DNA of 23,279 nucleotides from Phycisphaerae bacterium (GTDB lineage Bacteria; Planctomycetota; Phycisphaerae; UBA1845; UTPLA1): NCBI GenBank assembly GCA_035542775.1, contig DATKKX010000078.1, positions 1 to 23,279 of the forward strand, read 5' to 3'. Shown piece by piece: positions 21,199 to 23,279 of this stretch (position 1 is its first letter; each line of letters starts with the position of its first letter). The notes under the pieces were generated by a model. It saw only the letters and a program-made list of their open reading frames with translations, ran no database searches and was not told where the DNA came from. The position numbers and the translations under genes were made by a program.

Positions 21199-22854
21199 CT
21201 ACCGCACCACCATCTCTGTGAGCGGAAACACGTAGGCCTGCAGGCAGACCAGGCCTCCCACCAGCGCAGCCAGAATCAGGCTGTGCAGAAAGACGTAACG
21301 GATGATCTCGCCCTCGTGGCCGTACCACTTGGTCGCCGTGCTGGCGACAACGATGCTCTGGGCGTCGATCATCTTGCCCATCACTCCCCCGGAACTGTTG
21401 GCCGCGGCCATGAGAATGCTGCTGATGCCAAGCTGCTCCGCCGAGATCCGCTGCAGGCTGCCGAACAGCACGTTGGAGGATGTGTCGGAGCCGGTAAGGG
21501 CCACGCCCAGCCAGCCGAGCAACGTGCCGAAGAACGGATACAAGACGCCGGTGTGGGCGAAGGCCAGGCCCAGGGTCGCGTCCAGCCCGGAGTAGCGAGT
21601 GACGTAGCCGAGTGCAAGCATGGCCACGACGGTCACCAGCGAGAAGCGAACTCGTTTCAGGGTCATCCAATAGAGATGGATCATCTTGCGCGGCCCGAAA
21701 CCCATGACCACGCCAGAAATCACTGCCGCGAGAAGGATGCCCGTCCCTGTCGCCGAGAGCCAGTTCAGACTGTATATCGCCGCCTCCGGCTCGGACGTCC
21801 GCACCACGGGCGGCGTCCGCTGGACGAGTTGGTGCAGATGGGGGAATGGGATCTTGATGGTGGAGATGCCATCGAGAAATGCCTTCACGTCGGACAGGCC
21901 CCACACAAAAACGATCACGCTGAGAATGAGCCAGGGAAGCCACGCCCGCGCGACGACGGCGCGGCCGAGCTTTCGACGCGCCGGCTGGGGGGCGATGCCG
22001 TTATGGCCCGCGCGAGCCCAGTGTCGTCGGGGCCGCCAGATGAGTAAGAGCACGACCAGGGCCGACATCGACGAGACTGAAGCGACGACGTCGACCAGCC
22101 ACGGCCCGTGCAGGTTCGACATCAGGAACTGAGGGACGGCGAAGAAGAGTCCCGCCGTCAGCAGCGCCGGCCAGACCTCCAGCATCCCCCTCAGACCCGC
22201 ATAGGCCGCGACGAGCCAGAAAGGCACAATGACGGCGAAGAAGGGCAGTTGCCGCCCGACCATCGCGCTGAGCTTGTGCAGGTCCAGTCCGCTTACCGCG
22301 CTGAGCGTGGTGATCGGCGTGCCCAATGCGCCAAAGGCGACGGGGGCGGTGTTGGCGATCAGCGTAAGTCCTGAGGCCGCCAGCGGATCAAAGCCCAGGC
22401 CGATCAGGATCGCGGCGGTGACGGCCACGGGAGTGCCGAAGCCGGCTGCACCTTCGAAGAACGCGCCGAAGCAGAAGGCAATCAAGAGAAGCTGCAGCCG
22501 GGCGTCGGCGGTCAGGGCTGTGAGGCTCTCCTGGAGAACGGGAAAGAGCCCCCGCTCCATGGTCATCGCATAAAGAAAAATCACGTTGAGGATGATCCAC
22601 CCGACGGGCAGCAGGCCGAAAGCGCCGCCATAGGCCCCCGCGGCCAATGCCGTGTCCACGGGCATGCCGAAGGCCACAGTGGCGACGATCAATGCCGCCG
22701 CCAGACCAAGCAGCGCCGCCCAATGGGCCTTGATCCGCAGAAACGCCAGTGAGCCCAACAGCACCACGATCGGCACGGCGGCCAGCGCCGTCGAGAGGGC
22801 ACTATTCTGCATCGGATCGTAGACTTGCGACCAGACCTCCGGACCTGCCTCCAC
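21199..22854 (-). CDS. lctP: L-lactate permease (LctP/LldP family)
   Basis: Near full-length collinear similarity to E. coli LldP: 'WSQVYDPMQNSALSTALAAVPIV', 'LLIAFCFGAFFEGAAGFGTPVAVTAAILIGLGFDPLAASGLTLIANTAPVAFGALGTPI', 'MVGRQLPFFAVIVPFWLV', 'LGWLGVALTGSDTSSNVLFGSLQ', 'AAANSSGGVMGKMIDAQSI'. GGTGGAGG precedes the ATG. Confidence 0.9.
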   Translation of the reverse strand: MEAGPEVWSQVYDPMQNSALSTALAAVPIVVLLGSLAFLRIKAHWAALLGLAAALIVATVAFGMPVDTALAAGAYGGAFGLLPVGWIILNVIFLYAMTMERGLFPVLQESLTALTADARLQLLLIAFCFGAFFEGAAGFGTPVAVTAAILIGLGFDPLAASGLTLIANTAPVAFGALGTPITTLSAVSGLDLHKLSAMVGRQLPFFAVIVPFWLVAAYAGLRGMLEVWPALLTAGLFFAVPQFLMSNLHGPWLVDVVASVSSMSALVVLLLIWRPRRHWARAGHNGIAPQPARRKLGRAVVARAWLPWLILSVIVFVWGLSDVKAFLDGISTIKIPFPHLHQLVQRTPPVVRTSEPEAAIYSLNWLSATGTGILLAAVISGVVMGFGPRKMIHLYWMTLKRVRFSLVTVVAMLALGYVTRYSGLDATLGLAFAHTGVLYPFFGTLLGWLGVALTGSDTSSNVLFGSLQRISAEQLGISSILMAAANSSGGVMGKMIDAQSIVVASTATKWYGHEGEIIRYVFLHSLILAALVGGLVCLQAYVFPLTEMVVR

Positions 22855-22971
22855 CGCCTGGCTCCTTGCCCCCTTTGGGGGACGGGTCTACCGCTTGGTC
22901 AACTGTCGTGTCAAGAGCGACAGGCGCTCGGCGGATAAATCGGGCTGCACGCTGCGCTAGTCGTCAGGCCT

Positions 22972-23118
22972 CCACTTCTTCGCCCAAGGCCGGAATGCAC
23001 CGTTCTTAGGGGCCGCGACTGGTAAACGCCGGTAAAAGCCGGTACAGAGGAGGCTGTCAGCTGTCAGCAGTCGGCGTTCGGCGTTCAGGACCCAGCACTT
23101 TCCAGCCAAGGCCGGAAG
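22972..23118. repeat. Imperfect ~25-nt direct repeat pair with identical 12-mer core CCAAGGCCGGAA (22984-22995 and 23106-23117), 122 bp apart
   Basis: 'CCACTTCTTCGCCCAAGGCCGGAATG' versus 'GCACTTTCCAGCCAAGGCCGGAAGCG'. The pair brackets the tandem-repeat cluster. Confidence 0.65.
23021..23089. repeat. Cluster of short tandem repeats: 10-bp ×3 (GGTAAACGCC/GGTAAAAGCC/GGTACAGAGG), 7-bp GCTGTCA ×2(+GCAGTC), 7-bp GGCGTTC ×2
   Basis: Read directly at 23021-23050, 23053-23072 and 23073-23089. Located ~170-235 nt upstream of the lctP start in its leader/promoter region. Confidence 0.7.
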
Positions 23119-23279
23119 CGGTTTTGGCTGTTAGATGGCATTTGCAGGTCCACAGGATTTTTTTACTGCAAACCATCGCAACGACGCGCAAGTTCGACCG
23201 TCACTCCGCCGAAGGCGGCAGAGGGCGCGGAGTGGGCACAGTATCATCGCCCCGCGCTGGGGTGACTCAAACGCAGGGG

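Noticed and set aside
21070-22047. 325-aa + strand ORF, plus the 267-aa ORF 21140..21943 (−, other frame)
   Set aside because: They overlap the lactate permease gene, which matches LldP along its entire length. The alternatives are Arg/His/Asp-rich low-complexity translations.

Overview
This is a high-GC bacterial segment, roughly mid-60s % by eye. The dockerin-like domain and the BMC gene complement suggest a Planctomycetota-like genome, but that is inference. Two blocks dominate.

(1) Plus strand, ~800-9150: a bacterial microcompartment (BMC) operon with tight or overlapping gene junctions. In order:
- an RpiB–DeoC fusion (ribose-5-P isomerase B fused to deoxyribose-phosphate aldolase) carrying an internal encapsulation-peptide-like helix
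- a BMC-T shell protein
- a single BMC-H
- a BMC-P
- a CoA-acylating aldehyde dehydrogenase with an N-terminal encapsulation peptide
- a PduT-like BMC-T
- two more BMC-P
- a xylulokinase-like FGGY kinase
- a divergent xylose-isomerase-family enzyme
A 5'-truncated tyrosine recombinase precedes the operon at the window edge. A secreted S1/P1-type nuclease with a C-terminal dockerin follows it. No phosphotransacylase (PduL), acetate kinase or alcohol dehydrogenase is visible in the window.

(2) Minus strand, ~10500-19470: a flotillin-like SPFH protein coupled to a zinc-ribbon protein; then a 4-gene operon with 4-nt overlaps, running tandem M16 peptidase → PLDc_N-type small membrane protein → ABC ATPase → ABC-2 permease, with an amidohydrolase-like lipoprotein downstream.

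The 3' end holds an acyl-CoA desaturase (+) and an L-lactate permease (−). The permease's upstream leader (22855-23279) is packed with short tandem and direct repeats.

Many long opposite-strand ORFs in the six-frame track are GC-shadow artefacts. All calls rest on reading motifs in the translated ORFs. No database search was run.
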